64,000 nucleotides of DNA from the NCBI GenBank assembly GCA_026026165.1, contig JAPEUD010000004.1, forward strand, positions 1-64,000, written 5' to 3'. Shown piece by piece: positions 22,894 to 36,519 of the stretch. The DNA comes from Sarea resinae (lineage: Eukaryota). Every line of letters begins with the position of its first letter. The first letter of the stretch is position 1. The position numbers were made by a program, and so were the translations under genes. Under the pieces are notes generated by a model. The model saw only the letters and a list, made by a program, of their open reading frames with translations. It had not been told where the DNA came from and did not search any database.

Positions 22894-24998
22894 ATGCTTC
22901 GGACTGTCAGACTACCTACTGCCGTGCGTTCTTTGCCGCGCCGGGCCATAACGACTCAGAAATCTTCCAGCAATATACGACCGCTTTCCACCATTCCTGC
23001 ACGAATGGCACCGAAAAGCCTTCAGCAAGTGAACCCTCCCCTTTCTTCTGCACTTCCTTCGGACACGTTCCAGTTGCTTTCGTCTTCGGATAAAATCGGG
23101 CAGGCCGAGGATGCGCTCTTTGAGCAGGAGGTCCGGGAGGTTGAAGAGTGGTGGACGACTCCCCGCTATGAAGGGATCAAGCGGCCATATTCTGCCGAGG
23201 ATGTGGTTAGCAAGAGAGGCACGCTGCAGCAGACATATCCCAGTTCTCTGATGGCCCGGAAATTATTCAATCTTTTCAAAGAGAGGGGAGCTGTTGGCGA
23301 GCCTGTACACACAAGTATGTTCTCCCGCATTCTCAATTCGCACTGGAAACTGACATCCATTCGCAATGCAGTGGGCGCTATTGATCCTGTCCAAATGACC
23401 CAGCAAGCTCCAAATCAAGAGGTGCTTTATATATCTGGCTGGGCTTGTTCGTCTACTCTGACCACTACCAATGAAGTATCCCCAGACTTTGGTGATTATC
23501 CATACAACACGGTGCCCAATCAAGTGCAGAGACTCTTCAAAGCTCAACAACTCCATGATCGGAAAAATTGGGATGCTCGAAGAAAGATGATCCCGGAGAA
23601 AAGAGCGTCTACGCCGTATGTAGACTACATGAGGCCCATTATTGCGGATGGCGATACAGGGTGCGTTTCAAAATGACCGATATCATTGAAAGGCCTCTGA
23701 CAAGTCACAGACATGGTGGTCTAAGTGCGGTACTCAAGCTGGCCAAGCTGTTCGCAGAGAACGGTGCCGCAGCTGTTCATTTCGAGGACCAGCTCCATGG
23801 AGGCAAAAAGTGTGGTCACTTGGCCGGGAAAGTTCTCGTGCCAGTTGGTGAGCACATTAATCGTCTGGTTGCGGCTCGCTTCCAGTGGGACATGATGGGC
23901 TGCGAAAACCTTGTTATTGCACGAACAGACTCAGAAAGTGGGAAGTTAATCTCTAGCGCTATCGATGTTAGAGATCATGAATACATACTAGGAGTGACTG
24001 AAAATGTCGAGCCTCTGGCTGAGACCCTGCAAGTAATGGAGCTTGAGGGTGCCAGTGGGGCCGAGATTGACAAATTTGAGGCCGATTGGGTGAAAAGCCA
24101 TCCGTTGGTAACATTCGATGAAGGTTGGTCCTGTCTTTTCCTGTTCCTGACTCTGTAACGCCCTACTGAACCTACATTTAACCGTCACCAGCCGCCGTAA
24201 AGCACCTGGAACGGGAAGGCATCGAAAAGTCGAAAATCGACGAGTACCTCGCAGCTGTAAAGAAAAGCCGAAACCTGCCCATATCACAGCGGCGTAAGCT
24301 CGCTTCTCAATTTAGCAAGACTCCCGTCTTCTTCTCCTGGGATATTCCACGTACGAGAGAAGGATTCTACCATTATCGTGCAGGCCTTCCGGCAGCAACG
24401 AAAAGAGCAATTGAGTTCGCTCCTTACGCCGATTTGCTGTGGCTCGAAACAAAGGAGCCAAGCGTAGAGAAAGCTGCTGGATTTGCCGGTGAAATCCGGA
24501 ACGCCTATCCTAGCAAGCAACTAGTCTATAACCTGAGTCCCTCTTTCAACTGGATGGGTCAAGGGTTCACGGAAGAAACGCTCAAGTCCTTTATATGGGA
24601 TCTTGCGAAGCACGGGTCAGCGTCCCTATTTATGGCCCCCCTCCAGGTGCAAAATACTAACGTATTATATGATGTAGTTTCGTTCTGCAGCTCATTTCTC
24701 TTGCTGGTCTTCATTCCACTGCAACAATCACAGCTGAGCTATCGAAGGCTTTCAGTACCGAGGGTATGCTTGCATATGTGAAGTTGGTCCAACGGCGTGA
24801 GAAAGAACTCGGTGTAGATGTTTTGACCCATCAGCAATGGAGTGGAGCTGCGTACATGGATGGCATCCTAGGGTCTATTCAGAGTGGTAGCAGTGGTAGC
24901 AAGAGTATGGGTGAAGGGAATACCGAGTCTGGTAAGCATGCACTGCCATCCGCCATCATTACAACTCCCACGGAAGACTGACTTTGTTAGGGTTCTGA
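22894..24998 (+). CDS. mclA: Mitochondrial 2-methylisocitrate lyase (ICL2/MclA), multi-exon
   Basis: KKCGHLAGK catalytic loop, [25 protein letters not shown] (methylisocitrate lyase type, versus WQFITLAG in isocitrate lyases); Arg-rich presequence; last exon ends TESGF*. Confidence 0.88.
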
Positions 24999-25276
24999 GA
25001 TCTCACGGACATACGTAGACGGATCTGATATTGTCGTACGAATATAAGGACTGTATATAGAATATGCGAGAATACATGCCGGATACCACATGGAAATCGC
25101 ATATGCTTCTTGAACGCAGCTATGATGCTATTCACTGGTGCAGCGCTCCCTCTCTTGCCGTCTATAGTCATTCCCGGTGCCTTCAATGATTCTTATCACT
25201 TGCAGCGTGAGCCCTTTACCTTCTTCTCTCTCTCGCAATCTGCATGAGAGCTTTGGATGAGGCTTGCATCCACACA

Positions 25277-26263
25277 ATGGATTCCCATGACCCAGGCTCC
25301 CATGACCTGGGTCCTTCTCGTTCCGGCTTCTCGTCTCGTACGGTTACCGAGTCCCCTGAGCCTTCGAGCTTCTATGACAGGAACTACGAGCTCAACCCGG
25401 AAACCGAAGCCTGGCTCCACGACTACCATCATAAGTTCGATCAAGTCACCATTACCTGGCTCCGTGATTGTGAGAAAAAGTATCCTTTCGGGAGCCAGCG
25501 GTCATTCGCCGGCGATCCTGTGGAGCTCTTCTGCAACTGCTTGGAACCAGACGACGGGTCGGAGATGATCCAATGCAGCAACGGTAAACGATTCTGTGCC
25601 CGCGAATGGTATCATACTCGTTGTCTCGATCTGACGGAAATGCCCGCTGAAAGCGGTAAGTGTGTCTCTGCCGGCCAGCCTTCCAAATGTCTTCTTGGGG
25701 AATGCTCTCACGAAGAAGAAGACTTGCTATGCTCTATTCTTCTGACATGTGCGGTGATAGATCTCTGGTTCTGCCAGCGTTGTATCGAGCAGAAAGTTGG
25801 CCGTCTAGCCCATCCGGGTCTACGCAAGAAAAGGAGCCGTTCACCATCACAGATTGAGTCAACTCCTCCCCGTATCAAAGCTCCTAAGAACGGATCCTCT
25901 AAGACCTTTGGCGGGTACAATGGTCCGTGACTAGGCTTCCGATCCCTCTAGACGTGTCGAACTTACGATTACCAGAGCAGATGCCGTCCCAGATACAGCG
26001 ACCCAAGGCCGTATACCTTCCACACAGGTCCAAGGCAAAGGACTTCGCTTTCCAGTCGACCCGGGGCATGATTCCACGGGAAGAGGATATCTTTGGGATC
26101 CCGCGGAAGAGGATGCGCTGATTGGGGTCATTGGGGCTTTCATCACGGATTGGCTTGGCTCTCATGGTTCAACGGTGGAAACTGGCCTCGGAGGAGATGC
26201 AACAGAGGGGTTTTCAGCGGTCATGGGCAGCAGTGAAGGGAGCTTGGAATGGATAGGGATTTG
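25277..26263 (+). pseudogene. PHD-finger gene with a downstream Myb/SANT-like segment broken by a frameshift (pseudogene, truncated allele or assembly error)
   Basis: LFCNC...MIQCSN...C...WYHTRC...WFCQRC PHD finger with intron 25656-25760. WDPAEEDALI is in one frame and QRWKLASEEMQQRGFQRSWAAVKGAWN in the +1 frame. Confidence 0.55.
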
Positions 26264-27466
26264 AAGGCGAAGAGGTGCTATTCTTCCAGGATTGTGCACT
26301 CAGTAGGCATCGGAAGTGGTTTATCCTGGATGTTGACTAGATACCTAGGCACAGCCACTTCTGAATGACTTCTGAGAGTGCTTGTCCTTTGGGAAGCAGA
26401 CGAAGAACATCAGCGACATGGTGGCTATGGCTGATAGCTGTATCTGGTCTTTCCGGTTCATTCGAAGGTGATGCCATAACCTCGTTACTGCAATTGTACA
26501 CGGTGTGATCTCCGCGGTGCGATCAGTTGAGCCTTCTCGTCTTGGTATTCCGGTCGTAATTGAGCTCTCGCCACTTTCAGGTTGATAGAGTTTGTTGCAG
26601 TCACTTGTATTTATTCCTCTTCTTCCACCTACCTGGCTGACCTCTTCCTGGTATCTCTCTTTCGCTCTCAGACCACTGGAGTGCTCACTGTCGCTCGACG
26701 CTTGACCTTGACCGTCTTCTCAATGATGAAGCCTTCATGGGCATCTTTCTTGATATGATACCACCATGGTAGATATTTACGACGTGTCTCTACACAATAC
26801 ACGTGGGCCAAGCGGCTTCCTCTATCGGATAGGGATCGAGACATCGAAATCCTTGCAAGCGCCGGTCGAGGGGCGGGCTGGACTTGGGTTGGCCTCGATG
26901 AGGTACCGAGTACGAAGCTGCAGTACTCTACCGGTAACTGCCTCTTTTTCTCCGCGGTGACTTTGCCCTGATACCATTATCGGGGTACTTATCAGTACTC
27001 ATGTGTCGAAGGATTTCAGCCCAGAAAATAATTGTTCGCCCATAGGCAGGTTGGAGGGTTGTCAGCAACGAAAACTATCGATTGTTCCCTGTCGTCGTCC
27101 CCCTCCAACCACATTTTCCTCTCGTCTCCCTTCCCTTTTTCTTCCTACACACAACACCGGACCGAGCTCTCTCGATCCCTTTCACAGTGCTTGAGTTGTC
27201 TGTCGTTGTCCACATACATCGACTGTTGAGACGTCTTTGCCTTGCTCTTCGACCAGTCTCTTGCAGGTCGGATTCGCGCCCGGGCCATTGCCTTGCGCTT
27301 TCACACGGTCGTCTTCCGCATTTTCCGCATTTTCCGCCGCGGCCTTGAAATTTCGATCCGAGCAGATCCCACTTCGGAAATTTGAGCCACTACCAGAACG
27401 GACCAAATTTCATCGAACTGATCGAGCCTTCATTTTCATTTTCGTCGGGCATCGAACGCTCGAAAT

Positions 27467-30400
27467 ATGCCCCACCACGAATCGCCAACGTTCCCGCCGG
27501 TCATGGTTGCCAAATCTGCCTCGGGCGTCGCACCCTCGCACGATGATGTTACGTCTCTCGTGAATGCCATCTTCGCGGCGCAGACGTCGCAGGCATCACT
27601 GGATGCTTCTTATGCTCTCACGAATCTTCTGCTTAATTCGGTCGGGTTTCGGGCTCTCAAGGGTTATGGCGTCTTAGAGGACATCAAGAAGGCTGCGACC
27701 GATAAGAAAAGCGGCCCGAGACGTGAGAGTGCTATGATCGTTCTGGGCGCCTTCTTCGAGAGATTTCCCGAGAAGCAGCCCATCAGTGAAGTTGTCTTTC
27801 TCCTCCAAGATGGCGGGCTACTGTCACTTGCACTTGATGCGCTGGCCGACAAAGGTGCGGTGGTGAGAGAATCTGCCCAATATGCTCTGGATGCAATCTT
27901 CGCCAACCTCAAGTCCGAGGCCTTGGTCGTCGGCCTACTACCGGCGCTGACGAAATATCTCGGCAAGCGATCTGGCAAATGGCAGGGTGCAGTCGGCGCC
28001 TATGAGTTGCTCGGAAGAATGGCCGATAAGGCCAAGGTTGGGATGGGTAGCAAGGAGGAAGAGCGAGCGAAAGACGTACTGCGAGAGGCGATGGGAAAGA
28101 AGCTCTCGGCTTTGATTCCAATCGTTGAGGGTGGTATGCACGATCTGAAATCAGAGGTTCGTAACCCAGCCTCGTCTTCTGCCTACCTGCGGGTACTCAT
28201 CCAAGTCTGGAAGCTAATTCAACATTACCTCAGGTTGCCAAGCAAGCGCTTAAGACGATGACCTCTTTGACGACTCTTCTTTCCAATGACGATGTTGCCC
28301 CGCGCATCCCTCTTCTCATCAAGGCGATGCAGAACCCTTCGTCAGAGACTCTGCAAAAGGCCATACACGCTCTGTCTCAAACGACATTTGTTGCTATTGT
28401 CACCTCTCCCGTCCTAGCACTACTGACGCCGCTCCTTGAAAGATCTCTTAATACACCATCGACTGCTCAGGAAGTTCTCCGGCAGACAGTCGTCGTAGTC
28501 GAGAACTTGACCAGGCTGGTTCACGATCCTGTCGAAGCCAGAACCTTCTTGCCCAAGTTGAAGCCGGGTGTGAAAGGGGTTCAGGACCGGGCATCTCTTC
28601 CTGAAGTTCGAGAACTCGCAACAAGGGCAGTCAGTGTCATTGACAAGGCCATGGGGGATGATGATGGTAATCTTGCCGATGGCTCCATTTCTCCTACCAC
28701 GGCAGATGACGTGCTTCAAGTGCTTGAGAGAGAGGTCAAGGCAGCTGGAGGACTTGCGGTGTCCGCAGATGAGCCCCTCTGGAAGCTGCTCAAGAATTAC
28801 ATTGCCGAAATGGTTGAAGAAGATGTTAATCTAAGATACTTTGAGCGGGTGAAGCCCTGCATTGGTCCATACCTGCAAGAACTCATCAAGGATGATCAAG
28901 GTGAAAGTGTTGCAGAGAAGGTCGAGCATTTCTTCGTGGAAGAAGACCACCGCAAATTTGGTCAACCCATCAAAGACGATGATGGAGAGGTCGAGATCGT
29001 CAATGCCGAGTTTTCTCTTGGTTACGGCGGTATGCTACTACTATCCCACACAAACCTTCGCCTTCTCAAGGGTCATCGTTACGGTCTTTGTGGTCGCAAT
29101 GGCGCTGGAAAGTCTACACTCATGCGTAGCATCGCTGAGGGCAAGCTCGAAGGCTTTCCCGGTAGGGACGTGGTCAAGACCTGCTTTGTTGAACACAATC
29201 AGGGAGAAGATGCAGATCTGAGCATTCTGGAATTCGTCATCAAGGATCCAGAGCTGGAGCAGGTAGGCCGCGAACGCATCTCAGAAGTCCTGAGCGAGGT
29301 TGGCTTCACAGCTGGCCCCGAAGGCCGTCAGCAGCAGAAGGTTGGATCACTCTCTGGTGGTTGGAAGATGAAGCTGGCTCTTGCTAGGGCTATGCTTATG
29401 GGTGCTGATGTTCTGCTTCTCGACGAACCTACAAATCATTTGGACGTCTCAAACGTGAAATGGCTGCAAGAATATCTCAAGAGCCATACCGAGATCACCA
29501 GTTTGATCGTCAGTCACGACTCTGGCTTCCTGGATGAGGTTTGCACCGATATCTATCATTACGAAGGGAAGAAGTTGGTCTGCTACAAGGGAAACCTCTC
29601 AGAGTAAGTTCAAATCCCAGGACTCAATGTGTCATGCTCTTGCTAATCTCTCGTACAGGTTCGTCAAAGTGAAGCCCGAGGGGAAGAGCTACTACACACT
29701 ATCCGCCTCCAACGTTCAATTCAAATTCCCTCCCCCTGGTATCCTCACCGGAGTCAAGTCCAACACTCGGTCGATTATTCGAATGTCAAATGTGTCTTAT
29801 ACCTACCCGGGCGGAACAAAACCTTCGCTGTCGAATGTTACCTGCGCACTGTCGCTATCGTCTCGCACTGCCATTATCGGTGCCAACGGTGCTGGCAAGT
29901 CAACGCTCGTCAAGCTACTCACTGGTGAAGTGATGCCCCAGGAAGGCAAAGTTGAGAAACATCCCAATCTTCGTATCGGGTACATCAAGCAGCACGCGCT
30001 TGAGCATGTTGAATTGCATCTTGAGAAAACTCCCAATCAGTACCTTCAATGGCGATATGCCAATGGTGATGACAGAGAGGTCCTGATGAAGCAAACCAGG
30101 GTGTTGACTCCAGAGGACAAGGCCCAGATGGAGAAATTTGTTGACTTGGGTGATGGATCGGGTGGCCGACGAATTGAGAATCTCATCGGAAGACAGAAAT
30201 ACAAGAAGTCCTTCCAATACGAGGTGTAAGTCGCTATAACATCTGAAGACTTTTAGAACAAACTAACACAACACAGGAAATGGGTCAACATGCTACCAAA
30301 GTACAACAGTATGGTGTCGAGAGAGACACTTCTTAAACTTGGATTCGACAAGCTGATCCAGGAATTCGACGATCACGAGGCCTCCAGAGAGGGTCTCGGT

Positions 30401-31060
30401 TTCCGTGAATTGCAGCCCAAGGTCATCTCGAAGCACTTTGAGGATGTCGGACTAGACCCGGAGATTGCCAATCATAACGAGATTTCTGGGCTTTCCGGTG
30501 GCCAAAAGGTCAAGGTCGTGCTCGCCGGAGCCATGTGGAACAACCCCCATCTTCTCGTGCTCGACGAGCCTACAAACTACCTGGACCGCGACTCTCTAGG
30601 TGGTCTTGCCGTTGCCATTCGCGAGTATAAGGGTGGCGTCGTCATGATTTCGCATAACGAAGAGTTTGTCGGTGCTCTGTGCCCCGAACAGTGGTACGTT
30701 GCCGACGGCCGCGTCACGCACAAGGGACAAGTTGCCGTCTCGATGGACCGATTCGAAGACAGCAGACCAGGTAGTGCCGTTGGCTCGAGCACTGTGTCCA
30801 GCGCTACTGCCAGCGCGGTCAACTCGGGCGCCGAGGACGGGGACATGAAGTTCAAGGCTAAGAAGAAGAAGAAGTTGACGAGAGCGCAGATGAAGGAGAG
30901 GGAGGTCAGACGACGGTTGAGACATATTAACTGGTATGAGTGCCCTGTGCTAAAGCTCCGAACTTCTCCCACGCTACGTCCACTAACCATTTTCGCCCGA
31001 TACAGGCTACAGTCACCGAAAGGGACTCCCCATCCACCAGATACCGATGATGAGGCATAG
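27467..31060 (+). CDS. elf1: eEF3-like ABC-F ATPase Elf1/New1 (HEAT repeats, two ABC domains, chromodomain insert), multi-exon
   Basis: Walker A motifs GRNGAGKST and GANGAGKST; signatures LSGGWKMKLAL and LSGGQKVKVV; LDEPTN twice; chromodomain-like GRQKYKKSFQYEVKW; basic KKKKKLTR tail. Confidence 0.9.
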
Positions 31061-34000
31061 ATGGATGCCCAATTCATGATGCATTTTTTCACGCCGGCCT
31101 GATTTCCATGTTCTGGGTTTTTCTATTTTTTTCCTTAACGAAAATTGTTGTTTGTTGCACGAAGGGAGGGTCTTTACGATATCATCATCTCTCTGTTGTT
31201 TGCATCACATCTAGATAGATAGACATGTCCTCTGTGGATGATTGATTGATTGATTGGTTAGTTGTTATAGACATACACGGGAGATACCTTTTAATACCGG
31301 ATAGACAAAAATGGCAAGAAAGCTTTTGTTTTCCTCTCCTATGCGTCCCCTTGCCTTGTGCGCGGCGACGTGCCGTCTTGCCGTCGTCCGTTGTCGATAT
31401 CGTCCAGGCTGTCGTTATCATCTCCGTTTGGTGTTTGTTCGGTAGCTGGGCTGCGATGTCGGCACAAAAAACCTTACCTAAGGTAAATGATGGGTGATAA
31501 GAGAGACAGATGCAATCGTTCTCCCGTCGAGGTGATAGCATAGCAGGGGATCGCTCGAACAGCCCGATATCCGGTCCTCCATTTCTAGCATTTTCCAGAA
31601 GGCATTTACCCAGACGGACGGCTGAATCCAGTCCAGGCGGCAGATCAATGTTGTCTGATGAGGTGGCTAAGGTATGGATGAATGACGTGGATGAACCAAG
31701 ACCCCGGATCTTGGGCTCGCGAGAGTAGAGGAGAGTAGAGTCGAGTCGAGTAGAATGAAGCTGGATCGGGATTAGATCGATACTACTCCTGCTAGTATCT
31801 ATCTATTTATCTGTCTGTCTGTCTGTCTGTCTGTCTGGCTGTCTGTCTAAATCGACGGGAGCGGGAGATGGAGATGGATACATCATGGGGTTGGGACATC
31901 CAAGGATGGAGAAAGGTTTGCCTGTTTTGGTAAACGGGTCCTCGTCCCGTGTTTACTTGCGCTGTACGGTTCGAGCGAGCGCACAGATCGTCGAGAAGAG
32001 TAGAGTAGGGCATCTTTATCAAGATGACGGGGGAACAGTAGTGAGGCCCGTTGGACTACCTCGGGTGGTAAAGTGCTGTCAGAGTTGATAACATGGATGG
32101 GGCTGATAAGGCCCCGGCCGTCGTACGGGCTGTTTAGACAAGCTGTAGAGTACTCTACGAGGCACAAAGCACCTTATGTAATCAGGTAGGTACTGGAGTA
32201 CTTCGTATGTTGGTGGGTGGGTGAGGTGGGTTGGGATCTACTCATAGTACAATCTGGGCGGATGCCAAGGACCAAGGATCGTGGATCAGGATCAGGATGA
32301 GGATGGGGATGGGGAGGGTCATGTAATTAACGGTCGTACTCTAGACATCTCCATCCCTTCTCATCCCCACGGCAAGGTAAGGTAGGTTAGGTACCTTGTG
32401 TATTCTACTCCGGTGTACGGTGTATGGTGTCGCTGAACGCGCCGGCCTCACTTTCTTCTCTCCGTCTCGGCCCTCCTGCAGCGGCGGGATGGATGAGGTG
32501 GATTCCAGTGCGAGAGATTACGTGGTGGAGATGGTCAACTGGAGCATTTACGTTGGTGGGATTGATATCTCCTGTAATCATTGCCAAGAGCACGGCAGTT
32601 GGCAGTTGGCAGGTCCATGGCAGTGCTCAGTCCTCTTCCATTGTCCTTTTGCCTCTCCAGCTCACAGTAATCGGCACCCTGGGCGTGAATAACTCACCTC
32701 CAGCTCTGCTGTGCTGCACACCGACACACGACCACCACCACCACCACCACCGCCACGCTATCAGATGTACGACATTCAATCTCTTGGCAGGCCACTGCAG
32801 GGAGAGCAACGGAGCGGACGGCGGATGTGTTGCCGGTTGTGACGTTAGCACCGAAAGCGCGAAGAAGGGACGGAACGGAAAGAACACAGAGAACACAGAG
32901 AACACAGAGAACAGTCATTAGCGGCCCTCTACTGCGCCGTAGCCGTGTGAGCGACGACCTTTGGAGATAAGGGCCCATGTGGCGGCCAAAGAGACGTCGA
33001 GGATTAACGAGGGGTTCAAGGGGCCAAGGGGCAAGGGGTCGGCCCTCCTAGCAGACGATTCGGACTAGGCGGGGCGGAAGAACCACGGAGCTAGAGTACA
33101 TCGGGCGGAGAACTTGTGCACGTCGAGTTAGAGGGCCTAATAGGGCCCCAGTAGGGCCGGTGACCGTGAGATTGCCGCCTCGAGTGCGCATTTTCTCGGC
33201 GTGGGCACTTCTAGGGTGGAAAAATCTGATCCGCCCGGGGCCCAGATACATGTAATAGATATCTGGATGACCCATTCTTTTACCCTACGAGTACCGATGC
33301 GACAGGACTACTGCCGCTACTGCTACTGCCACTACTGCTACTACTGCTACTACTGCTACTACTACTAATGACCCTCCTGGCCCTACTATGAGTACTCTGT
33401 ACTCGTCCATGCTAGCCCTACCTCGCCGGCGTGCCCTGGAAATCCCGCTCGCTGTTAGATGCAGGTCTAGATCGCCACTCGTGGCTAGTCGAGGACAGGA
33501 ACTGGATGGCCGCTGCTAACTGCGAGCAGTAACAGTTGCCACTTGGCGGTGTCCTTGGCAAAGGCACGGCCAGGCCAGGCAAGGGAGGGGAAGACTGGGT
33601 CGGATGGGGAAATTCTTGTCTTCGACGACCAGGAAGCACTCGAAGTCAATGATAACGGCGTCGTGGTCGAGTACTTCGTCCGGCAGTACTTCGTATGGCG
33701 AGTCTCTACGGAGTACGACGTCCGTTGAGGTAATGGCATCGTAGCACCAGTCGTAGTACCGCTGGAGACCCTGCCGCCGCTCATCTTCCTGGATTATCGG
33801 CCGGGGACGAACCCCCCACATTGGCCTCGACGTGGTGTGGAACCCCAATCGTGGTCTTCTCTCTCTCTCTCTCTCTGTCTCTCGAACTCGAACTCGAACC
33901 TCCTCCGCCCCTCACTCATAATCCTCCTCTCGGCCCTGCATCTGCCTCTTCTTGCTGCTCTCCTCTCCATCATCCCCCGTCAGCAGCAGTCTTCTTTCAC

Positions 34001-34365
34001 GGCGGTTGTGCTGCTTCGTCCAACGTCATCCCCATCACCGAGTGCTTCTTTATCCCCGACTACCCTGGCATATATACCCCTGCCCCCGATCGCCGTGCTT
34101 TGCTTCGCGAAGGTTTTGCAGATCTTCTGTGCCTGTACTGTTGTTGTTCCGTCGATTGCTTCCTTATCTATACCCTGATCTGTCTCTGTCTCTGTCTCTG
34201 TCTCTGTCTCTGTCCTGGCCATTCTCATTCAACAAGAGAAGTGATTGTGATTTCAACAAAGCAATTCCAATCTCGCCGCGCCGCGCCATAAGACGGCACT
34301 CCACGACGTCGTCCCGATTGACGCAGACCACTTCGGTGCAAGAGTGAAAGATATCTCGAACGTGC

Positions 34366-34458
34366 ATGCTGCCGGCAGCCCTGACGCAACAACATCCAGA
34401 CACCTCTCCAACAGCCCCTACGCAACTGAATACTCTGCTCGTCCTGGCCCGCCATTGA
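34366..34458 (+). other. Upstream ORF (30 aa, MLPAALTQQHPDTSPTAPTQLNTLLVLARH) in the permease leader
   Basis: ATG at 34366 to TGA at 34456-34458, 84 nt upstream of the main ATG. A second uORF (MRS*) lies at 34510-34521. Confidence 0.45.
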
Positions 34459-34542
34459 GCCCAACGCGACTTTCCTCTACGGACCACGCCTACGGACCCC
34501 CCAAGCTATATGCGCTCGTGAACGAACATCAAAAACACAACC

Positions 34543-36326
34543 ATGTCTCAAGAGAAGGACTTTGAGGTCTCGCGGGAGACGTCTCTTCCCGACGAGATCG
34601 CCGTGGCCAAGTCGATGGCGATCGATGCCGACGCCATGAAGTTGGCCGAGATGGGCTACACGCAGGACATGAAGCGGAATTTCTCGGTCTGGTCTGTTCT
34701 CGGCGTGGGCTTCTCTTTGACGAATTCGTGGTTCGGCATCTCGGCGTCGCTGGTGACGGGCATCAACTCGGGCGGCCCGCTGCTGATCATCTATGGGATC
34801 ATCTTGATCGTCGTCATCTCCATCGCCGTCGGCATCACCTTGTCGGAGTTGGCGTCGGCCATGCCCAATGCCGGTGGGCAGTATTTCTGGGCGAATGAAC
34901 TGGCGCCCAAGAAGCACGCGCAATTCGCCTCGTATCTGACCGGCTGGTTTGCCTGGGCCGGCAGCATCTTCACCTCCGCCAGTGTTGCCCTGGGCGTAGG
35001 CAGTGCCGGCGTCGGATGCTGGCAGTTGGCACATCCCGACTAGTATGTTTTCCTTTCTGCAATGGCAACGAGACGAGACTGAAGTTTTCTCCTGCAGCGT
35101 CGTCGAAGCCAAACACGTCGTCGCCTCGTACCAAGTCATCAACGTCTTTTCCTTTTTGTTCAATTGCTACGGCAAGACGCTGCCGGCCATCGCCTCGGTC
35201 ACGCTCTACATCTCGCTGATCTCGTTTGTGGTCATCCTCATCACGGTGCCGGCCGTGGCCGAGACGCACCAGTCGGCCAAGTTCGTCTTCGCCACCTTTA
35301 CCAACAACACGGGCTGGAAGGAGGGCGGGATCGCGTTCATCGTCGGGCTCGTCAACACCAACTGGGCGTTTGCCTGCCTCGACTGCGCCACGCACATGGC
35401 CGAGGAGGTGGCCAAGCCGGAGCGCATGATCCCGATCGCCATCATGGGCACGGTGGCCATCGGCTTCGTCACCAGCTGGTTCTACAGCATCGCCATGTTC
35501 TTCAGCATGAACAACCTGCCGGCGCTGCTCAACACGGCCACGGGCGTCACCATCCTCGAGCTGTACTACCAGGCCCTGCGCAACAAGGCCGGCGCCATCG
35601 TGCTGGAGTCGATGATCATGGCCACGGGCATCGGCTGCCTGATCGCCTCGCACACGTGGCAGTCGCGGCTGTGCTGGTCGTTCGCGCGCGATCGCGGCCT
35701 GCCGGGCCACAAGTACCTCTGCCGGGTCAACCCGAAGCTGGACGTGCCGCTCGAGGCACACGCCGTGTCGTGTTTCATCGTAGCGGTGCTGGGGTTCTTG
35801 TACTGGGGCTCGTCGACGGCCTTTACGTCCATGGTGGACGCCTGCATCGTGCTGCTGTACATCTCATACACGATCCCCGTCGTCTGCCTGCTGATCCGCG
35901 GCCGCAACAACATCAAGCACGGGCCGTTCTGGATGGGCACGCTGGGCCTGGTCTCGAACATCGTCCTGCTCGTCTGGACCGTCTTCACGCTCGTCATGTT
36001 CTCCTTGCCGAGCGTGCGGCCCGTCACGGCCGGCAACATGAACTACGTGTGTGTCGTGTACGCCATCGTCGTGGCCATCATGGCGGTTGATGTGAGTTTT
36101 TTTTTTTGGGCTGTTCTTTCCATGTTCTATACTAATCACAGTGCCTCTCTAGTGGATCTTCCGCGGCCGCAAATCGTATCGGTCCCAGACGGAACGGCAC
36201 ATTGACGCCGACGACGCCTTCGAGTCGGCGGCCGACGCGCACTATCCCGCGCCCGAGATCCGGGACGGCACGTTCGACGAGGCGGGGTCCCACAAGGGCC
36301 CCAAGGCCGAGGAGGTCTATGTCTGA
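34543..36326 (+). CDS. hnm1: APC-superfamily amino acid/choline permease (Hnm1-like); introns 35043-35097 and 36092-36152
   Basis: RNFSVWSVLGVGFSLTNSWFGIS, ELASAMPNAGGQYFW, DCATHMAEEV, WQSRLCWSFARDRGLP; about 12 hydrophobic segments. Confidence 0.82.
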
Positions 36327-36519
36327 TCTTTTTCTGAGGGTTTGGGGGTTTCTCTGTTTTCCAGGGCTTGGGTGAAATGAAGTTTTGTGTTCATGTCATG
36401 TCAAGTCATGTCGTGTTCGTGTGTTCAGGTGTGGTTTGTGCGATTGGGTGCGTGTGTGTGATGTAACTAGATTGAGGAGAAAAAGAAAAGATGAAAGCGT
36501 TGAATCTGATCCCTCTCTC

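Noticed and set aside
25928..25951. TGA-CTAG readthrough context after the PHD ORF, giving extension X-LGFRSL
   Set aside because: RSL is not a canonical PTS1, and the stop probably lies inside an intron.
27467..31060. Calling this gene the canonical elongation factor 3 (YEF3)
   Set aside because: The N-terminal and C-terminal sequences fit the Elf1/New1 paralogue better; not confirmed by phylogeny.
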